Part shown: piece by piece, positions 41,588-53,698 of the stretch
Position numbering within the stretch: position 1 is the stretch's first letter
How the letters are laid out: the number at the start of each line of letters is the position of its first letter
NCBI GenBank assembly: GCA_963663805.2
Contig: CAXXMR010000012.1
Coordinates: 512,001 to 576,000 of the forward strand
DNA from: Sedimentisphaerales bacterium
GTDB lineage: Bacteria; Planctomycetota; Phycisphaerae; Sedimentisphaerales; SM23-30
Direction: 5' to 3'
Length of the DNA: 64,000 nt
Made by a program: the position numbers and the translations under genes
Notes under the pieces: generated by a model
What the model was told of the DNA's origin: nothing
The model's database searches: none
What the model saw: only the letters and a program-made list of their open reading frames with translations

Positions 41588-42070
41588 ATGGCAGTCATAG
41601 CAACCGGCAGCAAATTTAGTGCCCAGAATTGGCTTATCACCGCCGCGGCCTGTATTGTTTTCGCGGGCTGGTTTGCCTACGATGGTTGGGGCAACAAAGA
41701 ATACCAGGCCAAGGAAACCCGCGAGGACGGCACGCCCACGGTGAATCTGCTTTTCAACCGTTACGCCCCCATCCCTCTGGTGATAGTTGTGGTGGTTTCG
41801 CTGATTTGCTCTGCCAAGGTGAAAAAGAAAAAAATCAGGGCTGACGATAACGGCATAACCCTCGCCAATGGTGATACTTTCGCTTATGGCGATATAACCA
41901 GGATTGACAAAAGAAATTTTGAGAAGGGCGGTGCATTTTACGTCGAGTACAAACAAAACAATAGTACCCAGACAGCCAAATTTGATGACAGAAAATTCGA
42001 CAATCTGGGTTTACTGCTCGACGAAATCATAAAACAATCCGGAGCCCAGCCCGAAAAACCGGCGGAATAA
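41588..42070 (+). CDS. Hypothetical membrane protein (2 TM plus PH-like domain)
   Basis: AGGAG before ATG 41588; two hydrophobic helices. Confidence 0.7.
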   Translation: MAVIATGSKFSAQNWLITAAACIVFAGWFAYDGWGNKEYQAKETREDGTPTVNLLFNRYAPIPLVIVVVVSLICSAKVKKKKIRADDNGITLANGDTFAYGDITRIDKRNFEKGGAFYVEYKQNNSTQTAKFDDRKFDNLGLLLDEIIKQSGAQPEKPAE

Positions 42071-42085
42071 TTCTAGCCTGTTAAT

Positions 42086-44236
42086 ATGTCTGATTCCCAA
42101 ACATATAATTTGAAGCCCGATGACAAAATACAATTCCTCAAAGGGGTCGGTCCCCGCCGCGCTCAGGTTTTTGCGCGTATGGGTATTCATACCGTTACCG
42201 ACCTGATTGAACATTATCCGCGTAACTATGATTTTCTTCCGCCGCTGACACTGATAGAAGAACTCAACCCCGACCACAATGTAACCGTGGTTGGCCAGGT
42301 CGCCGCGATTGATTTTAAGCGTCGCAGTCGGCCGCCTAAACTGGATATCAAATTGCGTGACAGTACCGGGACCTGCCCGGTGGTATTTTTCAATGGGCAA
42401 TATCTCAAAGACAAATTCCTGCCCGGCGATATGCTGGCGATATGGGGCAAGGTTTCTAAATATCGTGACAATCTCCAGTTTACCAATCCGCGGTTTATTC
42501 AACTGGAATCTGCTGAAGAACTGCTTCAGCACGAAAAAGTCGGTCGTCCCGTTTATCCTGCCACGACAGACTTATCGTCTCTGGAAATCACGCGGGTTAT
42601 AAGTAATTCACTTGAGGCAATGGTACAGACTGTGGCTGAGCGTTACGACGAACCATATCGCAAGAAAAGAAAGCTACCGACGCGTCGACAGTCTTTCCAA
42701 TGGATACATCAACCTCCTGACGAAGAAGCGATCCTTCAGGCTCGTCGCAGTCTGGCTTATGATGAACTGCTGCTGATGGAGCTGGGTATTGCCCTGAAGC
42801 GTGAGAAAATCAAACGCACTCAGCCAGCTTGGCCGTTCCCGATAGATGACAATATCGACAGCCGCATCCGCAAGTTATTTCCGTTTATTCTCACTGAGGA
42901 CCAGGATACGGTTATCGACGAAATTTGCGAGGATATGGGCCAATCGGAACCGATGAATCGTCTGCTGCAAGGTGATGTGGGGGCAGGTAAAACCGTGGTC
43001 GCACTTTATGCGGCTCTGCTGGCGGTCAGTCATCATGCTCAGGTTGCGATTATGGCACCTACCGAAATTCTCGCGGAGCAGCATTCTCTCAGTATCGAAA
43101 AATTTCTCGGCGAAAGCAAGGTCAAACGCATGTTGCTCACCGGCGGCTTGACCGGTAAACAGCGTGCCGCTCAGTTGGCCCCGATTGCTGCTGGCGAAAT
43201 TGATATTGTCGTGGGCACTCAGGCTTTACTCCAGAAAGATGTAAAGTTTCAGAAACTGGGCCTGGTTGTCATCGACGAGCAGCATAAATTTGGTGTGCAG
43301 CAGCGGCAGGACATTCGCGGCAAGAATCTCGCGCCGCATTATCTGGTTATGACCGCTACGCCTATTCCCCGTACGCTGGGCATGACGGTTTTTGGTGATT
43401 TGGACATTTCGATTATCAAACAGCTGCCGCCCGGTCGCCGCGAGGTGGTTACTTCCTGGATAAATGATGGAGCCCGTGCCAAGGCTTACGAATCCATCCG
43501 CAAACAAATCCAGCTTGGTCGTCAGGCGTATTTTGTTTATCCGCGGGTTGAAGATACCGCGCCGGATTACGATGAAGACGGCAATCTGATTCCCATTGAC
43601 CCCGAACAGATTGCCATGTTCCAGCTCAAGGCCGCGGTGGCCGAGCATGAGATACTCCAGAACGAAGTTTTTCCGGAGTTCAAGGTTGGCTTGCTGCACG
43701 GTCGTATGGAGCGTGAACAAAAACAGCAAATCATGGAACAATTCCGGGCTGGTGAGATTCAGATTCTGGTCGCTACTGTGGTTATCGAAGTTGGTGTCGA
43801 TGTACCCAACGCGACTATCATGGTTGTCGAACACGCCGACCGCTTCGGTCTTTCCCAGCTGCATCAGTTGCGCGGTCGTATTGGTCGTGGTTCACTTCAG
43901 TCTTACTGTCTGCTGTTTGGGCAGCCGCGTAATGAGGTAGCTCAAAAACGTCTGGAGATTCTAACTCGGACCAACGATGGTTTTCTCATTGCTGAAGAAG
44001 ACCTGCGTATCAGGGGCCCCGGCGAAATTTTCGGTACGGCCCAGCACGGCTTGCCTAATCTCAAGATAGCGGATATTCTGCGTGACACCGATTTGCTGCG
44101 AATGGCCCGGCGGGACGCTTTTGAGATAGCCGCTCAGGACCCGCAACTCAGACAAGACACCCCCAGTCGCCGGGAGTTGCGTCGTGCTCTTATCCAGCAG
44201 TTCGGTCCGACTCTGAAACTCGGAGATGTGGGATGA
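42086..44236 (+). CDS. recG: ATP-dependent DNA helicase RecG
   Basis: [39 protein letters not shown]. Confidence 0.97.
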   Translation: MSDSQTYNLKPDDKIQFLKGVGPRRAQVFARMGIHTVTDLIEHYPRNYDFLPPLTLIEELNPDHNVTVVGQVAAIDFKRRSRPPKLDIKLRDSTGTCPVVFFNGQYLKDKFLPGDMLAIWGKVSKYRDNLQFTNPRFIQLESAEELLQHEKVGRPVYPATTDLSSLEITRVISNSLEAMVQTVAERYDEPYRKKRKLPTRRQSFQWIHQPPDEEAILQARRSLAYDELLLMELGIALKREKIKRTQPAWPFPIDDNIDSRIRKLFPFILTEDQDTVIDEICEDMGQSEPMNRLLQGDVGAGKTVVALYAALLAVSHHAQVAIMAPTEILAEQHSLSIEKFLGESKVKRMLLTGGLTGKQRAAQLAPIAAGEIDIVVGTQALLQKDVKFQKLGLVVIDEQHKFGVQQRQDIRGKNLAPHYLVMTATPIPRTLGMTVFGDLDISIIKQLPPGRREVVTSWINDGARAKAYESIRKQIQLGRQAYFVYPRVEDTAPDYDEDGNLIPIDPEQIAMFQLKAAVAEHEILQNEVFPEFKVGLLHGRMEREQKQQIMEQFRAGEIQILVATVVIEVGVDVPNATIMVVEHADRFGLSQLHQLRGRIGRGSLQSYCLLFGQPRNEVAQKRLEILTRTNDGFLIAEEDLRIRGPGEIFGTAQHGLPNLKIADILRDTDLLRMARRDAFEIAAQDPQLRQDTPSRRELRRALIQQFGPTLKLGDVG

Positions 44237-45987
44237 ACAATATAAAAAAAAGCAATAAACCCCATCGCGACTTTCTGTTCGCGGTATTGACTTGCCTGGC
44301 ACTTTTGGCGGGTGTTTCCGCGTTGGCCGCCGATTATGGTTTTCGTCATCTTGCCGTTCCGGAATTTTTACTCCACACGATACAAATTTTTGCCACGACT
44401 TTATTAATCGTCAGCAGGATTCACAACCTGGCCCGCCATTCCTGGGCGACACTTTTGAGTCGGCGGGTACTTTTAGATGTAACTCTGCTGCTTACGACCG
44501 CTATAGCGCTGATCGTTGACTATCCGAATAACACCTGGCCGGTAATTCATCTTTATCTGCTCATACTCATTTTATTGCGTGTCGGTCGAATTACTCTGAC
44601 CCTTACCGCTGCGGTACAGTCGCCCACGCGCGTGCTGCTGTTAAGTTTCAGCGCGATTATTTTCGCCGGGGCGATTCTGCTCATGCTGCCGACCTCTCAT
44701 AATAATTCCATGTCCTTTACGGATGCGGTTTTTACTTCCACCAGTGCCACTTGTGTTACCGGCCTGATAGTAAAGGACACGCCCCACGATTTCACCCGTC
44801 AGGGCCAAACGATTATCCTTTTTCTCATGCAAATCGGCGGTCTGGGCATCATGATTTTCGGTGCGGTTTTTTCGCTGCTGATGGGCTCGTCCCTGTCATT
44901 TCGTGAGACCGCCGCGATGGGCGACCTTATGAGCGAGCAGACTCCCGCGCGTATTGGCCGTATCGTTTTATTTATTTTCGCGTTTACTTTCGCTGCCGAG
45001 CTACTGGGTGTCTTTGCTTTGCAGGGACTATGGCCCGAAAGTTATTTCCGCAACGCGTCCTGGTTCAAGAGTATTTTTCATTCTGTCAGTGCTTTTTGCA
45101 ATGCCGGTTTCGCTTTGCAGTCCGACAGCCTGATGTCTTTTCGCGATAAGATTCGTCCTTACGCGGTAATATGTCCGCTGATAATTATCGGTGGATTGGG
45201 TTTTCCCGTTCTACATAATCTTAATGAACTGACCGCCTGGAAATTTCACAAACTCTACCTCCGTTTGCGTTATATCTTTTTCGCCCAGTCCCGCTATCCC
45301 CAGCGTCCGCCTACCCGCCTGACCCTGCAAAGCAAACTTGTATTGATAACCACCGCGGTCCTTCTTCTTAGCGGCACGGGTGTTTTTTTCCTGCTGGAAT
45401 TCCATCGTTCCGATAGTTCTCTGGTCATGACTTTGTGGGACAGCTTCTTCAATGCCGTCACCGCCCGTACCGCCGGGTTTAACACTGTTGATATGGCGTC
45501 CCTGTCCCCGCCGGCGAAATTTTTTCTTATCCTGCTCATGTCTATCGGCGGTTCACCCAGTTCCTCCGCCGGCGGTATCAAAACCGTTACCCTGGCGGTC
45601 ATGTTCCTGGCGATTTATAACACTATTTGCCGCCGCGAAAATGTTGAGGCCTTCAAGCGAACTATTCCCACCATGATTATCCGTCGCAGTTTTATGCTCA
45701 TGCTGCTTTATTCACTCATTCTTATCGCCGCGGTCATAACCCTGATGGTTGTCGAAGCCCCAACCCACCACGACTCGCTCGATTTGCTTTTTGAATCTGC
45801 CTCAGCCTTGGGCACGGTAGGGCTCAGCACCGGTATTACGCCGCACCTGAGTACCGCCGGCAAGTGGATTATTATCATTACCATGTTCGCCGGGCGACTG
45901 GGTCCCTTGAGTTTGCTTGCCGCGGTCACCGTCAGCGCCCGCACGCCGCGTTATAATTATCCGATTGAAGAACTGGCCGTGGGCTAA
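44233..45987 (+). CDS. Ktr/Trk K+ uptake membrane subunit (KtrB/TrkH)
   Basis: [32 protein letters not shown] pore loops. Confidence 0.92.
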   Translation: MNNIKKSNKPHRDFLFAVLTCLALLAGVSALAADYGFRHLAVPEFLLHTIQIFATTLLIVSRIHNLARHSWATLLSRRVLLDVTLLLTTAIALIVDYPNNTWPVIHLYLLILILLRVGRITLTLTAAVQSPTRVLLLSFSAIIFAGAILLMLPTSHNNSMSFTDAVFTSTSATCVTGLIVKDTPHDFTRQGQTIILFLMQIGGLGIMIFGAVFSLLMGSSLSFRETAAMGDLMSEQTPARIGRIVLFIFAFTFAAELLGVFALQGLWPESYFRNASWFKSIFHSVSAFCNAGFALQSDSLMSFRDKIRPYAVICPLIIIGGLGFPVLHNLNELTAWKFHKLYLRLRYIFFAQSRYPQRPPTRLTLQSKLVLITTAVLLLSGTGVFFLLEFHRSDSSLVMTLWDSFFNAVTARTAGFNTVDMASLSPPAKFFLILLMSIGGSPSSSAGGIKTVTLAVMFLAIYNTICRRENVEAFKRTIPTMIIRRSFMLMLLYSLILIAAVITLMVVEAPTHHDSLDLLFESASALGTVGLSTGITPHLSTAGKWIIIITMFAGRLGPLSLLAAVTVSARTPRYNYPIEELAVG

Positions 45988-46028
45988 CCGAACAAATAAA
46001 TTATGTGTCGGCATAAAGGAATATTCAA

Positions 46029-46703
46029 ATGAGAAAATTTGCTGTTATTGGATTAGGCCGTTTTGGGATGCAGTTGGCCCGCACTCTGGCCCGCGCCGGT
46101 TTCGAGGTCATTGCCATCGACAAAGATCGCAAGCTCATCGATGAAATCAGTCCCGAAGTTTCCGTTGCTGTGCGGCTGGACAGCACCGACGAAGAAGCAC
46201 TCCGCGCTCAGGGTGTCGATAAAGTCGATGTCGCTGTGGTAGGTATCGGCCAGGCTTTTCAGGCTAATATTCTCACCGCCATGCTGATAAAATCTTTTGG
46301 TGTTGCCAATGTTTACTGTCGGGCTGAGCAGGAAACCCAGGGTGAGATTTTACGCCGACTGGGTGCCGACGCGATAATTTTCCCTGAACATGAAAGTGCC
46401 CAGCGCTGGGCCTTCAAACTCATGGTTCCGCAAATCTCCGAGAAACTGGAATTCGCCGAAGGCTACTCTCTGGCTCAGTATCAGGCCCCGGCATCCTTCA
46501 ATGGCAAAACAATTATAGAACTAAACCTTCGTCAGAAATTTCGTGTGAACCTCATCGGCTTGCGCCGTGCCGAAGCTGGAGCCGACCCGAAACAGGTTCG
46601 CAAAATAGTTAATGTACCTTTGCCAGAAACTATTGTTTATGAAAACGACATGCTCTGGCTGGTCGGCTCCGATGAAGACCTCACTAACCTGCCTCAGAAG
46701 TAA
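46029..46703 (+). CDS. Ktr/Trk K+ uptake regulatory subunit (KtrA/TrkA)
   Basis: GLGRFG Rossmann motif and RCK-C domain. Confidence 0.92.
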   Translation: MRKFAVIGLGRFGMQLARTLARAGFEVIAIDKDRKLIDEISPEVSVAVRLDSTDEEALRAQGVDKVDVAVVGIGQAFQANILTAMLIKSFGVANVYCRAEQETQGEILRRLGADAIIFPEHESAQRWAFKLMVPQISEKLEFAEGYSLAQYQAPASFNGKTIIELNLRQKFRVNLIGLRRAEAGADPKQVRKIVNVPLPETIVYENDMLWLVGSDEDLTNLPQK

Positions 46704-46777
46704 TCATGCTCTGATTTGCTTTTCGGTAAATTTTTGCTACAATGGCTACTTGAATATTTTGACCGTGGAAAACTGAT

Positions 46778-47800
46778 ATGGCTGAAACAATTATTTTAGG
46801 ACTGGAAAGCTCATGTGACGAAACCGCCGCGGCTTTGGTGAGCGACGGCAGGTGTGTGCTTAGTTCGGTTATCGCTTCCCAGGCCAAGCTCCACGAAGAG
46901 TATGGCGGAGTTGTGCCCGAAATCGCCGCTCGCGCCCATATCGAAAACATCGTCCCTGTTTTGCGTCGGACTTTCGAGTCGGTTGATATTACCCCCGGCC
47001 GCATCTCCGCTATCGCGGTAGCTAACAGTCCCGGCCTCGTGCCTTCGCTGGTCATTGCCGTTACTGCTGCCAAAGCCTTGGCCTGGGCCTGGCAGAAACC
47101 GCTTATTGCCGTCAACCATGTCCATGCTCATCTTCAATCCGTGATGCTCGAACAGTACATCGATTGTTTCCCGGCGGTGGCTTTGGTGGTTTCCGGTGGA
47201 CACACGAGTTTGTATAATTGCCGCAATCCGCTGGAGCTGGAGCTTATCGGCTCTACGCTCGACGACGCTGCCGGCGAAGCCTTCGACAAGGTTGCTCAGA
47301 TTCTCCATCTGTCATATCCCGGCGGACCATCTATCGAAAAAGCAGCTCGTGAAGGTAGTCCCAAAGCCTGTAATTTTCCGCGTACCATGCTCGCTAAAGA
47401 TTCTCTGGATTTTTCCTTTAGCGGAATCAAAACCGCTGTGCTCTATCATTGCCGCGGCCAAAATATGCTCGGCGAGGATAAAGTAAACGAAATGACCCCG
47501 CGGGAAATTGCCGATGTGGCCGCTTCATTTCAGGCTGCCGCGGTCGATGTTCTGGTCCGCAAAACCATGCGGGCCCTGGATAAGACTCAGGCTCGAACCG
47601 TTCTGCTCGGAGGCGGCGTGGCGGCTAACTCTTTACTGCGCGAGGAAATGACCCAGGCTTGTAAAAAGAGGGACATAAAACTGGTAATCACCGAGAAAAA
47701 ATACTGCACTGATAACGCCGCTATGGTCGCCGGCCTGGCTTATCATAAATTCAAAGCCGGCATGTTCGCGGATTTAACCCTTGAACCCAAACCCGCCTGA
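46778..47800 (+). CDS. tsaD: tRNA t6A N6-threonylcarbamoyltransferase
   Basis: ESSCDET, HVHAH, VSGGHT, DDAAGEAFDK, CTDNAAM. Confidence 0.97.
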   Translation: MAETIILGLESSCDETAAALVSDGRCVLSSVIASQAKLHEEYGGVVPEIAARAHIENIVPVLRRTFESVDITPGRISAIAVANSPGLVPSLVIAVTAAKALAWAWQKPLIAVNHVHAHLQSVMLEQYIDCFPAVALVVSGGHTSLYNCRNPLELELIGSTLDDAAGEAFDKVAQILHLSYPGGPSIEKAAREGSPKACNFPRTMLAKDSLDFSFSGIKTAVLYHCRGQNMLGEDKVNEMTPREIADVAASFQAAAVDVLVRKTMRALDKTQARTVLLGGGVAANSLLREEMTQACKKRDIKLVITEKKYCTDNAAMVAGLAYHKFKAGMFADLTLEPKPA

Positions 47801-48757
47801 GTGAATCACCATTTCGGCAAGTTCGATCAACCCCTCCCGCAGTTCGACCGGACCATGGTCCCCGATTGAAGTTCGGGCCTGCTCGATAAAGTCACCGGCC
47901 CGTTGTCGGGCTTGTTTGACACTGCCGCCGGTACGCACCTTATCGCGTAACTCCCGTATATCATCTTTTCGCTGACCCGACAAAACATCCTGAGCCCATT
48001 GTCTTTCCTGAACAGAACACGATTTCAAATAATAAATCAGCGGTAGTGTTATTTTTTCTTTTTCCAGGTCCGTCCCCAATGTCTTGCCGGCCTGACGCTC
48101 GTCACCTGCCAAATCCGTTACGTCATCCATAATCTGAAACGCCGTTCCTAACGCCTGGCCATATTCGCCCAGCGCCGCACAGGTTTCCTGTTTGGCACCG
48201 GCTATTTCTCCGCCCAGCTCGCAGCTTATCGCCATCAGCCGCCCGGTTTTCTTACCGATAATTTCCAGATACCGTTCTTCGCTAAGAGCGTGATAACCTC
48301 GATAATACAATTGCAGCAGTTCCCCTTCACAAACCGCGCTGGTCGCCGCCGCCAGCAGTCGCGCCCAGTCCGCCCGAGCCAGAGAACTGAACAATAAGAA
48401 CGCCCGAGCCAACAATAGGTCCCCCAGCATCACCGCGGTTTCGTTCCCCCACAGCGCATTTACGGTGGCCCCGCGACGACGCGTTTCGGCCTCGTCCAGC
48501 ACATCATCATGCACCAGCGTGGCCATATGAATCATCTCCACCACCGCCCCCGCCACTCGATGTTCATGAACTACTCCGCCGCAGAGTTTGCCGCACAGCA
48601 GTACCAGTACGGGCCGCAGCATTTTGCCCCGAAATTTACCCACCTGCTCCAGAAAATCCGCAATCGCAGGTTCGTCAGCAGCCAAAGCGTCGGCGAAAAT
48701 CTCTCGCACCCCCTCCAGTTCCTCAGCTACCGTGTCATAAACATGATATAGGCTCAT
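47774..48757 (-). CDS. Polyprenyl diphosphate synthase
   Basis: GKMLRP, HDDVLD, RRG, GDLL, FQIMDD. The 3' end overlaps tsaD by 27 bp. Confidence 0.93.
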   Translation of the reverse strand: MSLYHVYDTVAEELEGVREIFADALAADEPAIADFLEQVGKFRGKMLRPVLVLLCGKLCGGVVHEHRVAGAVVEMIHMATLVHDDVLDEAETRRRGATVNALWGNETAVMLGDLLLARAFLLFSSLARADWARLLAAATSAVCEGELLQLYYRGYHALSEERYLEIIGKKTGRLMAISCELGGEIAGAKQETCAALGEYGQALGTAFQIMDDVTDLAGDERQAGKTLGTDLEKEKITLPLIYYLKSCSVQERQWAQDVLSGQRKDDIRELRDKVRTGGSVKQARQRAGDFIEQARTSIGDHGPVELREGLIELAEMVIHSGGFGFKG

Positions 48758-48784
48758 CCCGGCCCCATTTTTTCTGACGTGAAA

Positions 48785-49642
48785 TTAACTGCGTGCGTAT
48801 TCACCAAATTTGGTTAGTAACTCACGCGTGATTGGCCCTGGTTTGCCGGCGCCAATTACCCGGCCGTCAATCTCGACGATGCCGATAACCTCTGCGGCTG
48901 TGCCGGTCAGGAACATTTCATCTGCCGTATACAAATCATACCGGGTCAGATTTTCTTCCCGCACCGGATAACCATTTTCCCGGGCCAGCTTCATGACCAC
49001 CGCACGGGTGATGCCCGGCAGCGAACCGGCACTGGCCGGCGGGGTGATGACCGAGCCGTTTTTGACTACAAACACATTATCGCCGGTAGCTTCGGCGACA
49101 TAGCCCTGATGATTATACATAATCGCTTCCAGTACATCGTTGTCCAGGGCTTCGATCTTGGCCACGATATTATTAAGGTAGTTTAGGCTCTTGATCTGAG
49201 GACTCAGGCTTTGCGGATGATTCCTTATTATGCTCGAACTGATAACCCGCAGGCCGTTATCGTAAAGCTCACACGGGTACAACTGAATATGCGCCGCGAT
49301 GATTATTAACTGAGAATTTTTACACAGCCGCGGACTCAATCCTAAATCACCTATCCCGCGCGTGAGAATTAACCGGATATAACCATTTTCAATCCCGTTG
49401 GCCTTGACGGTCTGTTCGACCTGGCCTATCAGTTCTTCCTTAGTGCCCGGCATCTTCAAACGGATGGCCTTGGCTGAATCGTACAAACGGTCAATATGGG
49501 CCTGATGCTCAAATACCTTGCCGCAGTAGACCCGAATCCCTTCGAACACTCCGTCGCCATAAAGCAAACCATGGTCAAAAACTGAAACCATAGCCTTGGA
49601 TTCGTCCACCAGCCGGTCATTTAGCCATATCTTAAGACCCAT
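48785..49642 (-). CDS. ilvE: Branched-chain amino acid aminotransferase
   Basis: LYGDGVFEG, KSLNY, EATGDN, LPGITR, LTGTAAE. Confidence 0.93.
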   Translation of the reverse strand: MGLKIWLNDRLVDESKAMVSVFDHGLLYGDGVFEGIRVYCGKVFEHQAHIDRLYDSAKAIRLKMPGTKEELIGQVEQTVKANGIENGYIRLILTRGIGDLGLSPRLCKNSQLIIIAAHIQLYPCELYDNGLRVISSSIIRNHPQSLSPQIKSLNYLNNIVAKIEALDNDVLEAIMYNHQGYVAEATGDNVFVVKNGSVITPPASAGSLPGITRAVVMKLARENGYPVREENLTRYDLYTADEMFLTGTAAEVIGIVEIDGRVIGAGKPGPITRELLTKFGEYARS

Positions 49643-49703
49643 ATTATTACCTATTTTACTTATATTGCCTATATTCTAACAACCAAACGCCTGGTCGTCA
49701 GTT

Positions 49704-50393
49704 TTACTCCATTAATCCATCACGCAGCACCAATGTCCGGTTGACTCCGGCGGCCACCGCTGAGTCGTGAGTCACCATAACTATTGTCTGGCCTGCCCGG
49801 TTCAACCGCCACAGAAGCTCTAGGATAACCTTTCCTGCTGCGGAGTCAAGATTTCCTGTGGGTTCATCAGCTAATAATAATTTTGGGCCTGCCATTAACG
49901 CTCGTGCCAGTGCCGCCCGTTGGCGTTCCCCGCCCGAAAGGGTTGTTGGTCGCTGAGCCGCCTGAGGTGTCAATCCGACTTCTTCGATAAGCTCGTCAGC
50001 CCGCTGCCGGGCATTTTTACCATTTTTCAACCAGCCCAGCCAGCTTTGGCCCACCATGGCCGGCAGCAGTACATTTTCCCGAACCGTCAGTTCCGGCAGC
50101 AGATGGTAAAACTGAAATACAAATCCCATATCCTTATTACGTATCTTATCCTGCCGCCTCGCTCCGGCCTTGAGCATATCTTCCCCCTCAAACTCTACCG
50201 AGCCGGTGTCAGCCTTGTCCAGCAGGCCCATGATATGCAATAGCGTACTTTTGCCGCTGCCGCTGGCACCCATAATCGCCAGAAACTCACCCCGCTGCAC
50301 CGACAGGTCCACGCCACGCAGGACTTCCTGACGGGCCTTACCCAGCGTATAACTTTTTCGCAAGCCGGTTACCCGTATTATCAAATCACTCAT
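49704..50393 (-). CDS. ABC transporter ATP-binding protein (LolD-like)
   Basis: GASGSGKS, GFVFQFYHLL, LSGGERQR, ADEPTGNLD. Confidence 0.9.
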   Translation of the reverse strand: MSDLIIRVTGLRKSYTLGKARQEVLRGVDLSVQRGEFLAIMGASGSGKSTLLHIMGLLDKADTGSVEFEGEDMLKAGARRQDKIRNKDMGFVFQFYHLLPELTVRENVLLPAMVGQSWLGWLKNGKNARQRADELIEEVGLTPQAAQRPTTLSGGERQRAALARALMAGPKLLLADEPTGNLDSAAGKVILELLWRLNRAGQTIVMVTHDSAVAAGVNRTLVLRDGLME

Positions 50394-50432
50394 TGACTTT
50401 ACCTTTACCTTAACTTTTGCAAAACTCCAGCT

Positions 50433-52700
50433 TTATTTCTTCCGGGCCTGAGACAGCATATCGCCGAAGGTCAAACCACCTCCCGACGAGGCTTTGGGAT
50501 GAGGCTTTTTATTCCCGCTTGTGTGAGAAGTTTGTGGCGTATTGATTTTTCTGACCGGTTTGGAATTGGGTGCGGTTTTCATTGAAAACGCTATGCGTTT
50601 ACGTGGTACGTCAACAGAAACCACAGTTACCGAGACTTTTTGATGAACCTTAACATGGTCCGCCGGGTCTTTGACAAACTCGTCCGCCAGCTCGCTGATA
50701 TGCACCAGTCCATCCTGATGAACTCCGATATCAACAAAAGCGCCAAACGCTGTAATATTGGTTACGATGCCGGGCAGTTTCATGCCTTCTTCGAGGTCTT
50801 CGATTTTCTCCACGCCTTCAGCGAAAGAGAATATCTCAAACTTTTCACGCGGGTCGCGCCCCGGCTTGGACAGCTCACCCATAATATCGGTGAGGGTCGG
50901 CAGGCCGAATTTATCGGTAACGTATTTTTGTAAATCAATTTTATTACGCAACTGACCGTCCCGCATTAAGTCCATTACGGTGCAGTTCTGAGCTTTTGCC
51001 ATCGCGTCTACTACTTCGTAACTTTCCGGATGTACCGCACTGCTGTCGAGCGGATTTTTTCCGTCCCGAATCCGCAAAAATCCCGCTGCCTGTTCAAAGG
51101 CCTTACTGCCCAGCCGGGTAACTTTTTTCAAATCAGTACGGCTCTGGAACGGCCCGTTCTCGTTACGATAATTTACAATATTTTGAGCCAGCACCGGCCC
51201 CAAACCTGAAACATAAGTCAAAAGCTGTTTGCTGGCGGTGTTGACTTCCACGCCCACATTATTTACACAACTGATTACCACGTCATCCAGTTTTTTCTTC
51301 AAGGCCGTCTGGTCAACGTCATGCTGATACTGGCCCACCCCGATACTCTTGGGATCAATCTTGACCAGTTCTGCCAGCGGGTCCATCAACCGCCGTCCAA
51401 TCGAGACCGCGCCGCGAACCGTCAGGTCATATTCGCCAAACTCTTCACGGGCCGCCTCCGAAGCAGAATAAACTGACGCACCGCTTTCGTTTACCATCAC
51501 TACCGTGATTTCTTTGCCCAGCCCCGCCCCGCGTATAAACGTTTCGGTTTCCCGGCTGGCGGTGCCGTTGCCAATCGCCACCGCTTCTATTGAAAACTGT
51601 TGGCACAGTTCCCGCACCAGCGCCGCACCCTGCTCAGCCTTGCCCGAACCGCTATGCGGATAAATCACATCATTGTGCAAAAGCTTACCCTGCTTATCCA
51701 GACAGACAATCTTGCATCCTGTCCGAAAAGCCGGGTCAACCGCCAGCATATTTTTCTGTCCTAATGGTGCCGCCAGAAGCAATTGACGCAAATTCTCCGC
51801 AAACACTCTAATCGCTTCTTCGTCCGCTTGCTTCTTACTCTCCAGCCGTAATTCCGTCTGCATCGACAAACTCAGTAATCGCTTAAACGAATCTTCACCC
51901 GCCAGTTTTACCTGGGCCGCCGCGGCATTATCCGCCTTGACAAACCCGCGACACACAAGCGCCACCGCTCGCTCTTCCGGCACGATAATCCGCAGAGTAA
52001 GCACCTTCTCAGCCTCGCCTCGCCGCATTGCCAATACCCGATGCGAAGGTGCATTCTTAATCGGTTCTTGCCAGTCGAAATAATCTTTGAACTTCGCCCC
52101 TTCTTCTTCCTTGTCCTTCATCAGCTTACTGACAAACATCCCTTCGGCTGTATAAAAATCACGCAGCCTTTCCCGTGTATCCTTATCTTCACTCATCCAC
52201 TCGGCGATAATATCACGCGCCCCGGCTAGTGCTTCCTCAGTCGAATGGACTTCTTTTTCCTTATCAATATATTTTGCTGCTTCAGCCTCAACCTCGAAAT
52301 TTTCCTGCTCCCGCAGTTTTATCGCCAACGGCTCCAGCCCTTTTTCTTTAGCGATGGTTGCCCGCGTCCGCCGTTTGGGTCTGTAGGGCAAATAAATATC
52401 TTCCAGCTCGACCATTGTTTCGGCGGCCATGACCTTGCCTTTGAGTTCATCGTTCAGATGGCCGTGCTGCTCCAGCGAAGCAAGTATCGCCTCCCGTCTC
52501 TTGTCCAGTTCCTGCAACTGCTCCCAGCGGTCACGAATCCCCATTACCGCCACTTCATCCAGCATACCCGTAGCTTCTTTACGATAGCGGGCGATAAAAG
52601 GCACCGTCCCGCCGTCTTCCAGCAGACCCATTACCGCTTCTACCTGCTTATCCTTAATTTGCAGTTCCTGCCCAATCCGTTCGGCGTACAACAATCCCAT
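50433..52700 (-). CDS. tex: Tex-family S1 RNA-binding transcription accessory protein
   Basis: TVPFIARYRKE, DPAFRTGCK, KSIGVGQYQHD; C-terminal S1 domain. Confidence 0.95.
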   Translation of the reverse strand: MGLLYAERIGQELQIKDKQVEAVMGLLEDGGTVPFIARYRKEATGMLDEVAVMGIRDRWEQLQELDKRREAILASLEQHGHLNDELKGKVMAAETMVELEDIYLPYRPKRRTRATIAKEKGLEPLAIKLREQENFEVEAEAAKYIDKEKEVHSTEEALAGARDIIAEWMSEDKDTRERLRDFYTAEGMFVSKLMKDKEEEGAKFKDYFDWQEPIKNAPSHRVLAMRRGEAEKVLTLRIIVPEERAVALVCRGFVKADNAAAAQVKLAGEDSFKRLLSLSMQTELRLESKKQADEEAIRVFAENLRQLLLAAPLGQKNMLAVDPAFRTGCKIVCLDKQGKLLHNDVIYPHSGSGKAEQGAALVRELCQQFSIEAVAIGNGTASRETETFIRGAGLGKEITVVMVNESGASVYSASEAAREEFGEYDLTVRGAVSIGRRLMDPLAELVKIDPKSIGVGQYQHDVDQTALKKKLDDVVISCVNNVGVEVNTASKQLLTYVSGLGPVLAQNIVNYRNENGPFQSRTDLKKVTRLGSKAFEQAAGFLRIRDGKNPLDSSAVHPESYEVVDAMAKAQNCTVMDLMRDGQLRNKIDLQKYVTDKFGLPTLTDIMGELSKPGRDPREKFEIFSFAEGVEKIEDLEEGMKLPGIVTNITAFGAFVDIGVHQDGLVHISELADEFVKDPADHVKVHQKVSVTVVSVDVPRKRIAFSMKTAPNSKPVRKINTPQTSHTSGNKKPHPKASSGGGLTFGDMLSQARKK

Positions 52701-52783
52701 AAAAAAATCAATGCCTCCGCTATGTATAAAAATAATATTCGCTGGACAACTATATAAGTAATCCCGCTTTTATGAAATTAAAA

Positions 52784-53572
52784 TCAATCGAGTCTTTCAA
52801 AACGGCAAACCGCCCGCCAGATTCCATTTACGCGTTCCGGCGGTAGAATCTGGGGCGCGTAACTACAATTTCTCGGCTGCAAACGAATCGTCCTGTCACT
52901 TTCAAAAAATATCTGCTTGAATGTGGTTTCGTGCGGGTCGGTCATGCGTACAAAACAATCATCGCCGTTACGCACTTCCAGGGCCGGCGAGAAGATTAAA
53001 ATATCGCCCTGCCTGAACTTAGGTTCCATTGAGTCACCGACGATTCTTACTGCGAAGGCGTTGGGGTCATGCAGGTCGGGGCAGCGTACGTATTCATCGG
53101 CACCGCCGGGCGGATAGCCCTTGTCGTCGTAGTCAACGGGGTAACCCGCTGCTACATCATTGATTACGGGTACTAATCGGCCAGCTGTTTGCAGATGCAC
53201 GACATTATCCGCTCCGGCGTCCAGGGCTTCCCGGGTTTTATCATCTTTTAATAAGTCATCAATACTGGCCCCGCCTTCCACTATTTTTTGCATAAGTGCC
53301 CGCCAGTGCTCGTTTTGTGCTTGGCTTTGTTCGAATGCCTGGCGTACATCTGCGGGTAATCTTTCGAGGTGTGCCATGTGGAGGAGCAGGCCGGTCTCGA
53401 ACTTAAGTGCTTTTTCCAGGCGTACTAACAGCTCGTCGGCGGGCGGATTTTTGACCCGGCCGGTCTCAACGGTTGATAGATAGGGCTTACTGTATTCCGT
53501 TAAACGACTTACGTCGTCGAGGGTGAGCCCCAGCTCTTCACGTTTTTGTCTAATTACCTTCCCTAGTGCCAT
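52784..53572 (-). CDS. XRE-HTH + peptidase S24 repressor (CI/LexA-like)
   Basis: N-terminal HTH; AAG cleavage-site-like motif, GDSMEP catalytic Ser, TFK catalytic Lys. Confidence 0.92.
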   Translation of the reverse strand: MALGKVIRQKREELGLTLDDVSRLTEYSKPYLSTVETGRVKNPPADELLVRLEKALKFETGLLLHMAHLERLPADVRQAFEQSQAQNEHWRALMQKIVEGGASIDDLLKDDKTREALDAGADNVVHLQTAGRLVPVINDVAAGYPVDYDDKGYPPGGADEYVRCPDLHDPNAFAVRIVGDSMEPKFRQGDILIFSPALEVRNGDDCFVRMTDPHETTFKQIFFESDRTIRLQPRNCSYAPQILPPERVNGIWRAVCRFERLD

Positions 53573-53698
53573 TTATAAATACTCCTTTATTAAGGTCCGA
53601 AAGTTTACCTATCTTCACACGTCAGTAAAAATATACATCGCAAATGTTCCTTACGCAACTTATTTTTAATAATTTTTCACAAAAAATCTAACTTTTAT

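Noticed and set aside
47774..47800. Convergent 27-bp overlap of tsaD and the polyprenyl synthase gene
   Set aside because: Short 3' overlaps are common.
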